Of a DNA stretch of 64,000 bases, positions 11,500 through 27,002 are shown in pieces. The notes under the pieces were generated by a model, which did no database searches, was not told the origin of the DNA, and saw nothing but the letters and a program-made list of their open reading frames with translations. Each line of letters starts with the position of its first letter. Positions within the stretch are counted from its first letter, which is position 1. The stretch lies in NCBI GenBank assembly GCA_963733375.1, contig CAVTDB010000026.1:384001-448000 (forward strand), in the 5' to 3' direction. Made by a program: the position numbers and the translations under genes. This DNA comes from Nitrospirota bacterium (GTDB lineage Bacteria > Nitrospirota > JACRHJ01).

Positions 11500-11599
11500 C
11501 AATCCACAACTTCTGTGGAAAATCTGTTGAAAAGGCTGTTGAAAATAAGCCAATCCCGCACCCTGTAACAGCCGGGACATGGTGCTTAAAAATTAAGCA
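11500..11599. promoter_or_regulatory. DnaA-box cluster with Fis-like palindrome (DARS-like)
   Basis: CAATCCACA (11500) opposite TGTGGAAAA (11514), TGTTGAAAA (11525), TGTTGAAAA (11537); palindrome TGCTTAAAAATTAAGCA (11583-11599). Confidence 0.6.
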
Positions 11600-11700
11600 T
11601 CATTAAAAGATATAAGCACTTATTAATCTGATGACTCCGTATAACCGTTGTCATTGAAATGACGAACAGTTTTTAAAGTATTAAATATTTTGTCAAAATT

Positions 11701-12381
11701 CTAGCGACTCGATATTTTTACCAGCAGGTCCCGTAAGGACAGGTTATCCCGGACGCTCTTTTGCATAAGACTGGAAAGAGCATTATCGAGCTGCTCGATC
11801 ATCTTATCGCGGCTTGCTGAGGCGATTTTGTCGTTCCAGTCCGTCTTGTAGTCCGACCAGAGCACATCTCCGGTCTTTACATCCAGCACGTAGAACTGAA
11901 TCGCGCCGGAGACGTGGACGTCATTACCTATCAGCGTCTTTTTGGAATCCGCCATGAATTCCAGGACCTTCGCCCCGAAAGCCACCTGCACGGTCGGGTA
12001 TCTATCCATAATCTCTTTCCGGACCTCCGCGGCGCTTGCCTTGTCAAGGGGCGTCTTCAACTGCGTCCTGACCATCTTGACGCCCAGCCTGCCAAGTTCC
12101 GCCTCAAGGGAATCCCGGAATACATCTTCGACATCCTTGTCGTTAATCCCAGAGCTGATATTCCCGCTGTAGTCGGTATGCCTGATCACCTGCTTCGGAT
12201 ATGGCTGCGTCCCCTGCCTCGCGTCCACGACCGGCAGGAGCGTCCCTACTACGGGTTTCGGGATCATTGCAACCTGTCCCTGGCCTGCGTCATAGGAGAT
12301 ATTCGTCCTGGCGGTGGAACATCCTGCAAATATAATTGCAAGCGAAATCAATATTATGAATTGTTTTAGTTGAAGTTTCAT
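11701..12381 (-). CDS. Lipoprotein, possibly YajG-like
   Basis: Lipobox IFAGC after a hydrophobic signal; VVDAR motif; intact 226 aa ORF. Confidence 0.7.
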   Translation of the reverse strand: MKLQLKQFIILISLAIIFAGCSTARTNISYDAGQGQVAMIPKPVVGTLLPVVDARQGTQPYPKQVIRHTDYSGNISSGINDKDVEDVFRDSLEAELGRLGVKMVRTQLKTPLDKASAAEVRKEIMDRYPTVQVAFGAKVLEFMADSKKTLIGNDVHVSGAIQFYVLDVKTGDVLWSDYKTDWNDKIASASRDKMIEQLDNALSSLMQKSVRDNLSLRDLLVKISSR

Positions 12382-12407
12382 CTCAGCTTTGCCTCCCTTT
12401 GATTTTT

Positions 12408-13405
12408 TCAGTTGGATTTCAGTTCCTCGACCAGTTCGCCAGGAGCAGGGCTCACCCAGATAACCGTTTCTTCCTTCCCGGATGTAAAACTTACCGCGAC
12501 GGAATCGATGCCTTTGGCGTCCGAATACCTTGCCGTAATCCTTGCGGCCAGTTCAAGGTCGTCTTCAGTCGTGTTTTCCTCTGAAAAGCGAAACCGGCCC
12601 AGGGAAATCCCTTGTACTTATTATAACGTCTCCCTCGCCGGCGAGGGCAGCGAGTTTATCGTTATCTCTCTCGTTTCGACCCACCCTCAGGGTCCCGGAC
12701 GGGAACTTAAAAAGCCTTCCCACCGACAGGATCTGGACGTCCCGCGCGTTGACCTCGCCCTCTTTCAAAAGGAGTTCCCGCACCCTTTTGGACAGGATTG
12801 GGTCCGTTAGAACGCACCCTCCGGCGGGTGACGCATAATCCTGTATCCCGAACCTTTCCGCCAGCTCCATCTGGGGCCTGCGGGAGCGGCCGGAGAAACC
12901 ATACAATTTTTCCCTGTCCACCAGGCCCTTCTGCTCCGGGATTGTCGGCGGCAGAAGCTTCGCGCAAAGCGGCCGCAGGAGATAGCCCTTAAGTCCGGAA
13001 TCCCGCTCCACTATGCTCATGGCGTCCCTTCTCTGAGACATCGGCCTCTGGCCCAGCACCTCGCCGGATATTATAAAATCAGCGCCTTCGGCCAGCATTA
13101 TCTCACTTCGCCTTCCTCATCATGAATATCTTGCAGTCGAGGCAGGGGTTGAAATTCTTGCCGTAGCCGTAAACCGGCTTCCGGACCATCTCGATATATT
13201 CCTGTGAAACATCCAGAATGCGCACGTCGATTTCATATTTCTTTTTGAAATTTTCGGCAGCCCAGGCTTCCCTGCCCTTGCTGTCGTACCCGAAGAAGGG
13301 GGTAATGAAATGGAGCGCGGTCACTTCCACGCCCTGTTCCATTATCGCCCTTGCCGCGAGCATGCTGTCCAGGCCGCCCGAAAAAAGAGAAAACGCTTTA
13401 GCCAT
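12408..13405 (-). CDS. ThiI/MnmA-like PP-loop tRNA thiolation enzyme with C-terminal accessory domain (frameshifts near 13100 and 12570)
   Basis: SGGLDS PP-loop, NPCLDCKI, GEVLGQRPMSQ, LRPLCAK, SPAGGC, VGRN. Confidence 0.85.
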
Positions 13406-14655
13406 CAATCCTTCCCCTCGTTGAATGCCCGTCAGTTCCCGTTATTTTAACCTTAACGGGCTTTCCGGAAGGTATGCCCTTCTCATCGAAGCCGACCCGG
13501 ACATAGTTGTCCGTCAGGCCGGAATAAGCCCCGTTTTTTTCCTCCACGACGACTTCCATTACCTTTCCGACAAGGGAGCGCCGAAATTCCAGGTTTTTTT
13601 TCTTTCCCAGCTCGCGGAGCCTTTCGCTCCTCTCCCGTTTCACGTCTCCCTTTACGGTATCCCCCATCTCGTACGCCTTCGTGCGGCTCCTGGGGGAGTA
13701 GCTGAATACGTGGAGATAATTTATGGGCGAGTCCTCTACCCGTCTCAGCGTCTCCTCGAAGGCGTCGGCGTCTTCATTGGGATAGCCGACAATAACGTCC
13801 GCCCCGATGCAGGCGCCGGGCGCGGCCTTTTCAATCCTTTTTATGGTCTTTAAATAATCATCCCATGTATATCCCCTGCCCATGGAAGCCAGAACATGGT
13901 CGTTCGCATGTTGAAGCGGCACGTGAAGATGCCGGCAAAATTTTTTAAATCCCATAAGCTCAAGCAGAGGCCCGTCTATCTCCATCGGCTCTATTGAGCT
14001 AAGGCGCAGCCTTCCAAGCCCCGGCCTGTCAAGCAGCGAGGATACCAGGCGCGAGAGCCGTAAGTCTCCAAAATCTTTTCCGTATGCCCCAAGGTGCACT
14101 CCGGTGAGCACGATCTCATGATATCCGTTTGCTATCAACCCGTCCGCCTTCGCCAGAACATCATCGAGCTTTGCGCTCCGGGAGCGGCCGCGCGCATACG
14201 GGACTATGCAATACGAGCAGAAGGAGTCGCATCCTTCCTGCGCCTTCAGGAATGCCCTCGTCCTGCCGCCGATGGCCTGCGCGCCGAAAATACCCGCTTT
14301 TTCCGTGGAAAAGCCGAACCTGCCGCCAATAATATCCGGAATGCTCCCCTGTTTTTCGTTCCCTATGACCGCGTCCACGCCGTCTATCTTCTTAATGGCC
14401 TCCGGTGCGGTCTGGGCATAACATCCGGTGACCAGCACTACCGCTCCGTCTGCCTTTGCCTTTACCGCGCGGCGTATTTCCTGCCGGCACTGATAGTCGC
14501 TCTTGCCGGTCACGGTGCAGGTGAAAATCACCTGTACGTCCGCATCCCCCGCCAGCGCGACAGCCTCTCCGCCCTTGGCTGAAAGGGTCTCGCCAAGCGC
14601 TAGCTGCGTCGAACTGGTTTATCTTGCAGCCGAGTGATTTTATGTGAAATTTCAT
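13398..14655 (-). CDS. mtaB: tRNA t6A37 methylthiotransferase MtaB (frameshifted near 14530-14590)
   Basis: LGCKINQ, TCTVT, VTGCYAQ, EGCDSFCSYC, LTGVHLG, RLSSIEP, GLTDNY, TRAM-like C-terminus. Confidence 0.92.
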
Positions 14656-14660
14656 AAATA

Positions 14661-15971
14661 TTAAATTATTTCCCCGATTAACGAATGCTTCTTCCCCTCG
14701 GTAATTTTAACGCGCACGAGCTTTCCGACGAGCGACCGCGGCCCCTGAAAATTAACGATTTTCCCTTGCCTGCTCTTGCCGGAAAGCCTGTCCGGCTCGC
14801 CGGACTTATCCGGGCCTTCGACCAATACCTCCTCGATAAGCCCTACCCGCGCATATATTTTTTCCTGCATAATGCGGTTCTGCAGTCTCCAGCACCACGT
14901 CCAGCCGCGACGACTTCACGCCTTCAGGCAGATGGCCCGGCAGCTTCAGCGCGGCGGTATTCGGCCTTCTCGAATATTTAAAGGCAAATATGCTGTCGTA
15001 GCGAACGTCCTCAAGCGCCCGTACCGTCGCCTGGAAGTCATCCTCCGTCTCCCCGGGGAACCCGACGATGACGTCGGTTGACACGGCTAAATCGGGCACG
15101 GCATTTTTAAGCCTGTCCAGCTTTTCCATATAACCGGCAAAATCATATTTCCGGTTCATCCGGGCGAGCACGCTGTCGGACGCGGACTGGAGCGGCAGAT
15201 GTATCGCGTTGCAGACTTTCGGAAGCTTCGCCATGGCGTCAATAAGAGAGTTTGACAGGTCCTTGGGGTGCGAGGTGACGAACCTTATCCGCTCAAGACC
15301 GTCTATGTTATTTATCATTTCGAGAAGGTGCGGAAAAATCGCAGCTGGCCCCCTTTTTTCCCGTACGAATTGACATTCTGGCCGAGTAACGTAACTTCCC
15401 TGCAACCGGATTGCACGAGGGCTTCTATTTCCAGGATAATGTCTTCCGGCCTTCTGCTCTTCTCGCGGCCCCGGACGAACGGCACCACGCAATAACTGCA
15501 GAAGTTGTCGCAGCCGTACATTATATTAACGAAAGACGTTACGGCGCTTTCCCGCGCGCCGGTGATGATAATATGTTCGTAGCCATCGGTGAATTCGGTG
15601 CTGGCGGGCGGCCGGCCTGAGGCTTCATTAATCAGGGACGGCAGCTTTTCGATGTTCTGGTTCCCCAGGATGACGTCCACAAAGGGCGCGCGTTTCAGGA
15701 TGGATTTTCCCTCCTGCTGGGCAATGCAGCCGGATACGGCTATCTTGAGAGAAGGATTTATTTCTTTGAGCTTACGGAGCTTTCCAATTTCGCTGTAGAA
15801 TTTCTGCTCCGCTTTTTCGCGGATGCTGCATGTATTTATCAGGATAAGGCCTGCGTCATCCAGCCGATCTGATTCATGGTAGCCTTCCGCCTTCAGGAGA
15901 CCGGCCATCTTCTCGGAGTCGTGCTCGTTCATCTGGCAGCCGAAGGTCAGGATTTTAAAACTTTTCATCAC
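14661..15971 (-). CDS. miaB: tRNA i6A37 methylthiotransferase MiaB (frameshifts near 15345 and 14875)
   Basis: TFGCQMNEHDS, NTCSIREKAE, GCDNFCSYCVVP, LGQNVNSY, TSHP, DVIVGFPGET, TRAM domain. Confidence 0.95.
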
Positions 15972-15975
15972 GCCA

Positions 15976-16341
15976 CTAACCTAAAAGGTCTTTCGTCCTG
16001 TCCAGGAGGTCCTGGGGCGAGAAAGGCTTGGTTATATATTCGTCCACTCCGACCTCCAGGCCCTTTATCTTGTCGGACTCCTGCCCTTTTGCCGTCAGCA
16101 TGATGATGATTATATCCTTGGTTTCCGGGTCGTTTTTGAGCTGAGAGCATACCTCGTAACCGTTTATGCCGGGCATCATGATGTCCAGGAATATCAGGGC
16201 CGGTTTCTCCTCGCGCGCGAGCTTAAGCGCCTCGGTCCCGTTCAGCGCGGTAAGCACGTCATATCCGGCGGACTCCAGCTTATATTTGACGATCCTCAGG
16301 ATATGCATCTCGTCATCGACCACAAGGATTTTTTTGGACAT
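15976..16341 (-). CDS. Single-domain response regulator (CheY-like)
   Basis: ILVVDDE, LDIMMP, LTA, KPF; 121 aa receiver domain only. Confidence 0.92.
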   Translation of the reverse strand: MSKKILVVDDEMHILRIVKYKLESAGYDVLTALNGTEALKLAREEKPALIFLDIMMPGINGYEVCSQLKNDPETKDIIIIMLTAKGQESDKIKGLEVGVDEYITKPFSPQDLLDRTKDLLG

Positions 16342-16365
16342 CGCTCTCTCCCGGAAATGATTTAG

Positions 16366-17167
16366 TTATGCCTTCTTGACATAAACCTTGTCGCCTCTTT
16401 TGAACCCGTAGCTCTTCCGGGCATCGCCCTGACAGATGAATATCTCCAAAAAGCCGCCGCCGTTGATTACAGCCCCCGTCTCCCCTTTTTTTAGCGCCGA
16501 ATAAAAAGGCGAAACCGCATTCAGCTTCAACTGGCCCGTCTCGATACTGTATTCCCCGCCTTCCGCAGTGAACGCCTCGATGTCCGCGGAGCTTTATGTT
16601 TGTAATAGCGTTGCCGAACTTATCAATATAGACGATCTCGCCTGCCACTTCGTTACCTTCTTTTCGTGAGCGGGGGATGTTAAACCGCACATAATCCGTT
16701 ATTTCTTCGCCGAAATTGTTTGCTTCGATTCCCTTGGACAGCCATGCCGCCGCTGGCGCGAATACGTCCCTCGCGTTAAAGGTGCTGCCCTGCCCCTCGC
16801 GGAAGTAGTGGTCCGCGGTCAGGTGTATCACTTTCGAGAAGCCGGGGTCGGCATATATGAAAGAAAGCACACCGTTGTCCGGAGCGATAAAATAATGCTT
16901 ATCCGTCACCGCGAGCACCGGCCTCCTCTGGCTTCCCACGCCAGGGTCCACCACCACCACGTGGATAGTGTACTGCGGAAAATATTCGTAAGCCGCTCCC
17001 AATAAATAGGCCGCACCCCAGATATCGTGTGAAGCTACCTCGTGCGAGATGTCGATGATGCGCGCTTCGGGGTTTATGCCAAGTATAACCCCTTTCATCG
17101 CCCCTGAGAAGTAATCCCTTGTCCCGAAATCCGTCGTAAGCGTTATGATGTTTTTTTTAAGGTCCAA
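16366..17167 (-). CDS. DUF62 / SAM-dependent halogenase-hydrolase family protein (frameshift near 16590)
   Basis: LTTDFG, DISHEV, VVDPGVGS.RR, APDNG, STFNARDVFAP, IDKFGN. Confidence 0.9.
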
Positions 17168-18523
17168 TGCTGCCTCGGTGGGCTCCGCCCATTTCCTTGA
17201 ATTTTTTGAAATCGAATTCCGGGCTGTTGTAGTCGTCGTGGCAGCCTGTGCAGACTTTTTCTTTGACCCGGCGGAAAATATTACCTTTCCGAAGCGCGGC
17301 CGCTTGCTTCACATTCCCCGGCCTCATGGTCTTGCAATGGACTCCGGCGGCTCCATGGCAATCCTCGCAGGTCACGTTCCTTAAGTCATTCTTTCCGCTG
17401 TAGCCGGTCGGCAGAGCATATCCGGTAACGTGGCACGGCAGGCACTCCGGGTCGTACTGGTCGCCTGTCTTCTCAAGCGCGGCAAAGGCCCTCGCATGGC
17501 CGGTTGAAGACCAGTTGACGAAAGACCTGGCATGGCATTCCTTGCATTTGTCCGGCCCCGCGAAATTCCCTTTTAACCCGGTCCTGTCCGTGAAAACGAA
17601 CCTTTTCTTTTTCAGTTCCTGCTTGTAATCCGCTATCAGCTTCTCGACCGCCGGGTCCGGCGGGACATCCTCGCCGAGACTCACCGCTTCATATTTATAG
17701 TCTTTTATTTTATTTCCATCCCGCTTGTTTAGCCACAGGTCCAGTCTGCCGATCTGCTTCCCCCTGTAGAAACCTTTCACGACCAGGGTATTCCCGTATT
17801 TTGCAGGCTCATTCAGGCCGTCACCGCCGTGCCCGAGTATTACTATGTCCGCACCGGATTCTTTTGCGAATTTTTCCGGGTCGGAGACGCTCAGGTGCGC
17901 GAGGCACACCACCACGTCCGCATTTTTTCTTAAAAGCTCGACCTGCCCCTTCGCGGACTGCCAGCGGGTCTTTCACGCGAATATTTTTGAAAATAGACGG
18001 GAACGAGGCATAGGGGAATTTATCGTCCATGACGCCGGTTATCCCTACCCTTACCCCTCCGACTTGTTTAATCAAAGAGCTTGCGAAAGCCGCGCCCCGT
18101 TGACCGCCGCCGGTTGTTTCGAGGTTTGCGCAGATTAATTTATTGCCGGTTTCCAAAGCCTTTTTTTTCAGGAATTCCAGTCCGAACTCAAGGTCGTACT
18201 CTCCGGGCAATAATGCGTCGTAATCAGACTGCCTGAGCGCCTTCATAAGCACGGAGGCCTTTAAGCCGTAAAACTCTTTCCGGTCCCTGGGGTCATCAAG
18301 GCCGTCGAAAAGCGTGTCGCCCGCGTCAAGTACGAGCGTCCTGTCATTCCTGTGCGATTTTATATAGCTCGCCCTGGAGGAGAGGCCGCCCAACTGACCG
18401 TCCGTGCATCCGCACCGCCTTATCATCCCCCGCGTATCGCTGGAAAAGAATATGGTGAGGTCGGGACCAGCCGCCGCATGGCCGGATGCGGGCGCAATGA
18501 AAGACAGGGCAACAGCGGCAAGG

Positions 18524-19436
<913 letters not shown>

Positions 19437-19440
<4 letters not shown>

Positions 19441-20243
19441 ATTTCCGACCACACTATATCGTCGGCGTCGAATACCGGGCCGTCGTCGCAGACCTTCTTG
19501 TACATCACGCTCCCGTGCTCCCGGTCCAGCACGCTAATCACACAGCCCATGCACGCGCCGACCCCGCAGGCCATGTTGGACTCCATCGAGGTATAGTTCC
19601 TGATGCCGTGCTTCTTTGCCAGGGCCGCGACACTCACCAGCATCGGTTTCGGGCCGCAGGAATAAATCGCCCAGCCGCCCCTGTCCTTATCCTTATGCTC
19701 TAATATATATTCGTCCAGCACCTGGGTGATGAACCCTTTTTTCGGGAGGCTGCCGTCTTCCGTGGCCGTAAATGTTTCGATGCCCTTTTCCTTGAACTGC
19801 TCGGTTCCAAGCACGTATTCCCTGCCCCTGCCGCCGATGAACGCAACCGCGGTTACGTCCTTCCGTTCGTCGGCTATATAGTCGCCAAGACCCATCAGAG
19901 GGGCCACGCCTATCCCGCCCCCGACAATAAGCGCGTGACTGACGCCGTCCGGTATGGAAAAACCATTCCCCAGCGGCCCCAGCACATCGACTTCGTCTCC
20001 CGCGATAAGCCGGGACAAAAGCGACGTGCCGCGGCCTGCCTGCCTGTACAGGAAACGCACGGAATTGTCCGTAAGCTTCCTGTGCAGGCTGAGCGGACGG
20101 CGCAGCAGCGGGTCCGTGGAGGGACCGACTTTCAGCATGAAGAACTGGCCGGGCATCGCTCCCCGGCCTACGCCTTCCGCTTCGATATCGACAAGGAAAT
20201 AGCCGGAGAAAAGCTCCTCGTTCCTTTTAATCAGCGCTATCAT
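19437..20243 (-). CDS. pyrK: Dihydroorotate dehydrogenase electron transfer subunit
   Basis: [35 protein letters not shown]...C.DGPVF. Confidence 0.95.
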
Positions 20244-20722
20244 CAGTCCTCGAAAAATATTTCCAGTACTTCATAGTCCACCGTACCGGCGGGAATGCGC
20301 ACCGTGACTATGTCGCCGACGGTGTGGCTTATCAATGCTTTTCCGACCGGGGAGAGTATCGATATCTTCCCCTCCTTCAAATCGGCCTCGTCCGTCCCGA
20401 CAAGCGTATACCGCTTTTCCTCTTCCGTTTCCTGGTCGAGCAGGACGACCGTCGCGCCGAATACCACCTTCTCGTTCGTGAGCTTGCTTGTATCTATCAC
20501 CTGCGAGTGCGCCAGCTTTCCCTGGAGCTCCTGCATCCGGCCTTCTATAAAACCCTGACGCTCCTTGGCCGCATGGTACTCCGCATTTTCGGAGAGGTCG
20601 CCGTGTCCCCTCGCCTCTTCTATATCGCGTACATTCTTGGGCCGCTCCACCTTGCGGAGGCGCTCCAGTTCGTCCTGGAGCTTCGCGTAGCCCTTCTTTG
20701 TCATAGGTATTCTTTCAGCCAT
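20243..20722 (-). CDS. greA: Transcription elongation factor GreA
   Basis: GDLSENAEY, SPVGKAL. Confidence 0.97.
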   Translation of the reverse strand: MAERIPMTKKGYAKLQDELERLRKVERPKNVRDIEEARGHGDLSENAEYHAAKERQGFIEGRMQELQGKLAHSQVIDTSKLTNEKVVFGATVVLLDQETEEEKRYTLVGTDEADLKEGKISILSPVGKALISHTVGDIVTVRIPAGTVDYEVLEIFFED

Positions 20723-20752
20723 TGTCTTTTTACGAATCTCCTTTCGAGGTAC

Positions 20753-23961
<3,209 letters not shown>

Positions 23962-23985
23962 TAAGGTTCCTTTATACGTAAAACT

Positions 23986-24905
23986 TTAAACGTGCTCCTG
24001 CACCCAGCCTTCGTAGAGGCCGTGGCGCTCCATCGTTGTCCTGCGCGGCCTCGTATTCCGTCGCCGTTATCTTCCTGTTTATTTCCGGGAAATCTAGCCG
24101 CCTTGTAAGTCGGGAAGTATTGGTCCATCAGGCTGACGGCGACCTCCGGCGACAGCTCTTCCGCTATAAATTTCAGAGTCTCCTCCGTACCGGATATCCC
24201 TTCCGGAAGGACAAGGTGCCGGATAATAAGCCCTCTTTCGGCAATCCCGTCCGCATCCGTTTTTAAAAGCCCCACCTGCCTGAACATCTCTTTCACCGCC
24301 GCGCGGTTATATGACGGATACATCTTCGCTTTCGAGTACTTCTTCGCGAAATCGTCGCGGGCGTACCGCATGTCCGGGAGGTATATGTCCACGATGCCGT
24401 CGAGGAGCTTCAGCGCCGGGAGGACCTCATATCCGCTCGTGTTATAGACGATGGGGATGTTGAAGCCGCCCTCTATGGCGATCGGCAGCGCTTCGAGTAT
24501 CCGCGGCATGTAATGCGTCGGGGTCACGAAGTTTATGTTATGCGCGCCGCGATGCTGAAGTTCCAGCATGATATTCGCCAGGCCCGCCGCGTCGTACTCT
24601 ATCCCGTTTCCCTTGTGGCTGATGGGCCAGTTCTGGCAGTAGGCGCACTTCATCGTGCAATGGCTGAAAAATATCGTGCCGGAACCGCGAGCGCCGGAGA
24701 TGGCAGGCTCCTCGCCTGAGTGCAGGTTGTATGACGCCACCTTAGCCGTCGCCCCGGCATTACAGAAACCAAGCTGGCCCTCCAGCCTGTTCACTCCGCA
24801 GTCGTTCGGGCAGAGGTCGCATTTTTCAAGCCGCGCGAGTGCCGATTCTGCGCGGGATTCTTAATTCCCTAATCGGGTATATTCAAATAACTTCGCTTAT
24901 TTCAT
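23986..24905 (-). CDS. PflX-like radical SAM protein (several frameshifts; start approximate)
   Basis: CDLCPNDC, GEEPAISG..GSGTIFFSHCTMKCAYCQN, HNINFVTPTH, IYLPD, RHLVLP. Confidence 0.85.
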
Positions 24906-24936
24906 AATTAACCTCGCCCTCTTAAAGAGACGTCCC

Positions 24937-26070
24937 CTAATTCTTTACCTTCAGCTTCTCTATCTCCATCATGGCGATGAAGCGCTGGAAGAGGTACGCG
25001 GAGTCGTGCGGGCCGGGAGACGCTTCGGGGTGATACTGCACGGAAAAGACCGGAAGCTCCTTATGGCGCATGCCCTCGACCGTATGGTCGTTCAAGTTCA
25101 CATGGGTCAGCTCGACCGCGCCGGGGACGGTATCCATGTCCACCGCGAAGCCGTGGTTCTGGGCGGTTATCTCCACCTTCCGGGTGCTCAAGTCCATCAC
25201 CGGCTGGTTGCCGCCGTGGTGGCCGAACTTCAGCTTATACGTCTTGCCCCCCAGGGCAAGGCCTAGCAGTTGATGACCCAGGCATATGCCGAAAATCGGC
25301 ACCTTGTCCAGCAGGCCCTTTATATTTTCCACCGCATACGTCACCGGCTCCGGGTCGCCGGGCCCATTCGACAGAAGCACTCCGTCCGGCCTCAGCTCCA
25401 TTACCTCCCGCCATGAAGTCGTAGCGGGGACGACCGTGACTTTGCAGGCCAGCGTGGAAAGTATGCGGAGGATGTTCCTCTTTATCCCGAAGTCGTACGC
25501 GACCACGTGCAGGCAGGGATTCCGGGACTCGCCGTAGCCTTTCTCCAGGTCCCACGACGTCTGCTTCGCCTCGTACGGCTCAGTGCAGGAAACTACCTTT
25601 GCCAGGTCCTGCCCGGCCATCGACGGCCGCGCCGCGGCTTTCTTGACCAGGCTCTCCGGGTCCGTGTCCGTCGTCGAGATTATACCCTGCTGCGCGCCAT
25701 AGTCCCGCAGATGCCTCGTGAGCGCGCGGGTGTCTATTCCCTGTATGCCGACAATATCGTAGCTCTTGAGATAGCTGTCCAGGCTCCCCTGGCTTCTCCA
25801 GTTGCTGGGGTACGGGCTGGCTTCTTTTACTATAAGGCCCTCCGCCCAGGGTCTGCCCGACTCGACGTCTTCGGCGTTCACGCCATAGTTTCCGATCAAG
25901 GGGTAGGTCATGGTAACCATCTGTCCCTTGTACGACGGGTCGGTCAGTATCTCCTGATAGCCGGACATGGAGGTATTGAAAACTACCTCGCCTCCCGCCT
26001 CACCGTCCGCGCCGAAAGAGACGCCCTCGTACCAGGCGCCGTCGGCAAGGGCCAGGACCGCCTTCTTCAT
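24937..26070 (-). CDS. carA: Carbamoyl-phosphate synthase small subunit
   Basis: [42 protein letters not shown]. Confidence 0.97.
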   Translation of the reverse strand: MKKAVLALADGAWYEGVSFGADGEAGGEVVFNTSMSGYQEILTDPSYKGQMVTMTYPLIGNYGVNAEDVESGRPWAEGLIVKEASPYPSNWRSQGSLDSYLKSYDIVGIQGIDTRALTRHLRDYGAQQGIISTTDTDPESLVKKAAARPSMAGQDLAKVVSCTEPYEAKQTSWDLEKGYGESRNPCLHVVAYDFGIKRNILRILSTLACKVTVVPATTSWREVMELRPDGVLLSNGPGDPEPVTYAVENIKGLLDKVPIFGICLGHQLLGLALGGKTYKLKFGHHGGNQPVMDLSTRKVEITAQNHGFAVDMDTVPGAVELTHVNLNDHTVEGMRHKELPVFSVQYHPEASPGPHDSAYLFQRFIAMMEIEKLKVKN

Positions 26071-27002
26071 ATTGAATTTCCTTTTTCTTTTTTGCTTATG
26101 ATAAAATGGTCCCGGATATTCCCGTTTACATCTATTACCTTGAACTCCGCCTTGTCTTCACCGACCGTCCCGATGACGTAGTGGTGGAAACCGCCGTGTG
26201 CGTCGGTCGCATAAAGCGGCGCGCCGCCGCCGCCCGTGGTGACATGGGTAACGCCGCATATATCCTGCCTGAAGTACAGGTGCTCGTGCCCTGCGAATAC
26301 CATATCCACGCCGTATTTCTGGAAGAGCGCCTGGAGTTGGTCCCTGCTGTTTTTGTACCTGCTCATGCAGGCGACGACGTGTAACTTCTTGGCCGGATAG
26401 AGCGGGCGGTGCAGGAAGACGAACTTGAACTTTCTGTCCGAGTTCTTCAGCTGGTCTTCCAGCCATTTATACTGCTCCCCGACGATCTTCGCATGCATCC
26501 CGGTCTCCTCCGAGTCCAGCACGACAATCAGCGCGTTACCGGCGGTGAAAGAGTAGTAAAGGTCGTTCCCGGGATTAGTCGCGCATTGCTTGTAGGCATT
26601 TTCGGTGACCTTGTTGCCTATCTCATGGTTGCCGGGCGTGAGGAAATACGGCATGGTCAGCGGCTTCGAAAGCGTCGCGAACTCGTCCCACTCACTGCGG
26701 TCTCCGCCCTCCATGATGACGTCGCCCGTGTTCATGACAAACGCCGGGGCGTCCTTTGCAATCATGGACACCAGTTTTTTATATGTCTCCTGGCCGCTCC
26801 TGTTATCCCCGATGACGGCGAAAGTGAACGGGTTTTTCAGGTCCTTCAACCCGCAGGCATTCTGGTTTAGAATGCGGACCGGGGGCTTATCCGGAGCCGA
26901 AGGGACCGTCTGAAGTGAAAATGGGGAAATTCCCAGGAACCCGGCGACAATTAAAGGCAGGACTACAAATTTAAGGCTTAACAACAATTTTTTTACCCTC
27001 AT
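26067..27002 (-). CDS. Exported or membrane-anchored calcineurin-like metallophosphoesterase
   Basis: N-terminal hydrophobic segment; GDNR, GDVI, GNHE, HRP, AGHEH motifs. Confidence 0.88.
   Translation of the reverse strand: MRVKKLLLSLKFVVLPLIVAGFLGISPFSLQTVPSAPDKPPVRILNQNACGLKDLKNPFTFAVIGDNRSGQETYKKLVSMIAKDAPAFVMNTGDVIMEGGDRSEWDEFATLSKPLTMPYFLTPGNHEIGNKVTENAYKQCATNPGNDLYYSFTAGNALIVVLDSEETGMHAKIVGEQYKWLEDQLKNSDRKFKFVFLHRPLYPAKKLHVVACMSRYKNSRDQLQALFQKYGVDMVFAGHEHLYFRQDICGVTHVTTGGGGAPLYATDAHGGFHHYVIGTVGEDKAEFKVIDVNGNIRDHFIISKKEKGNSI

Noticed and set aside
11457-11700. oriC
   Set aside because: Flanking genes converge and no dnaA, dnaN or gidA is nearby; kept as DARS-like instead.
18395-18425. 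Selenocysteine in the UshA-like CGC motif
   Set aside because: Both codons are TGC; there is no in-frame TGA.
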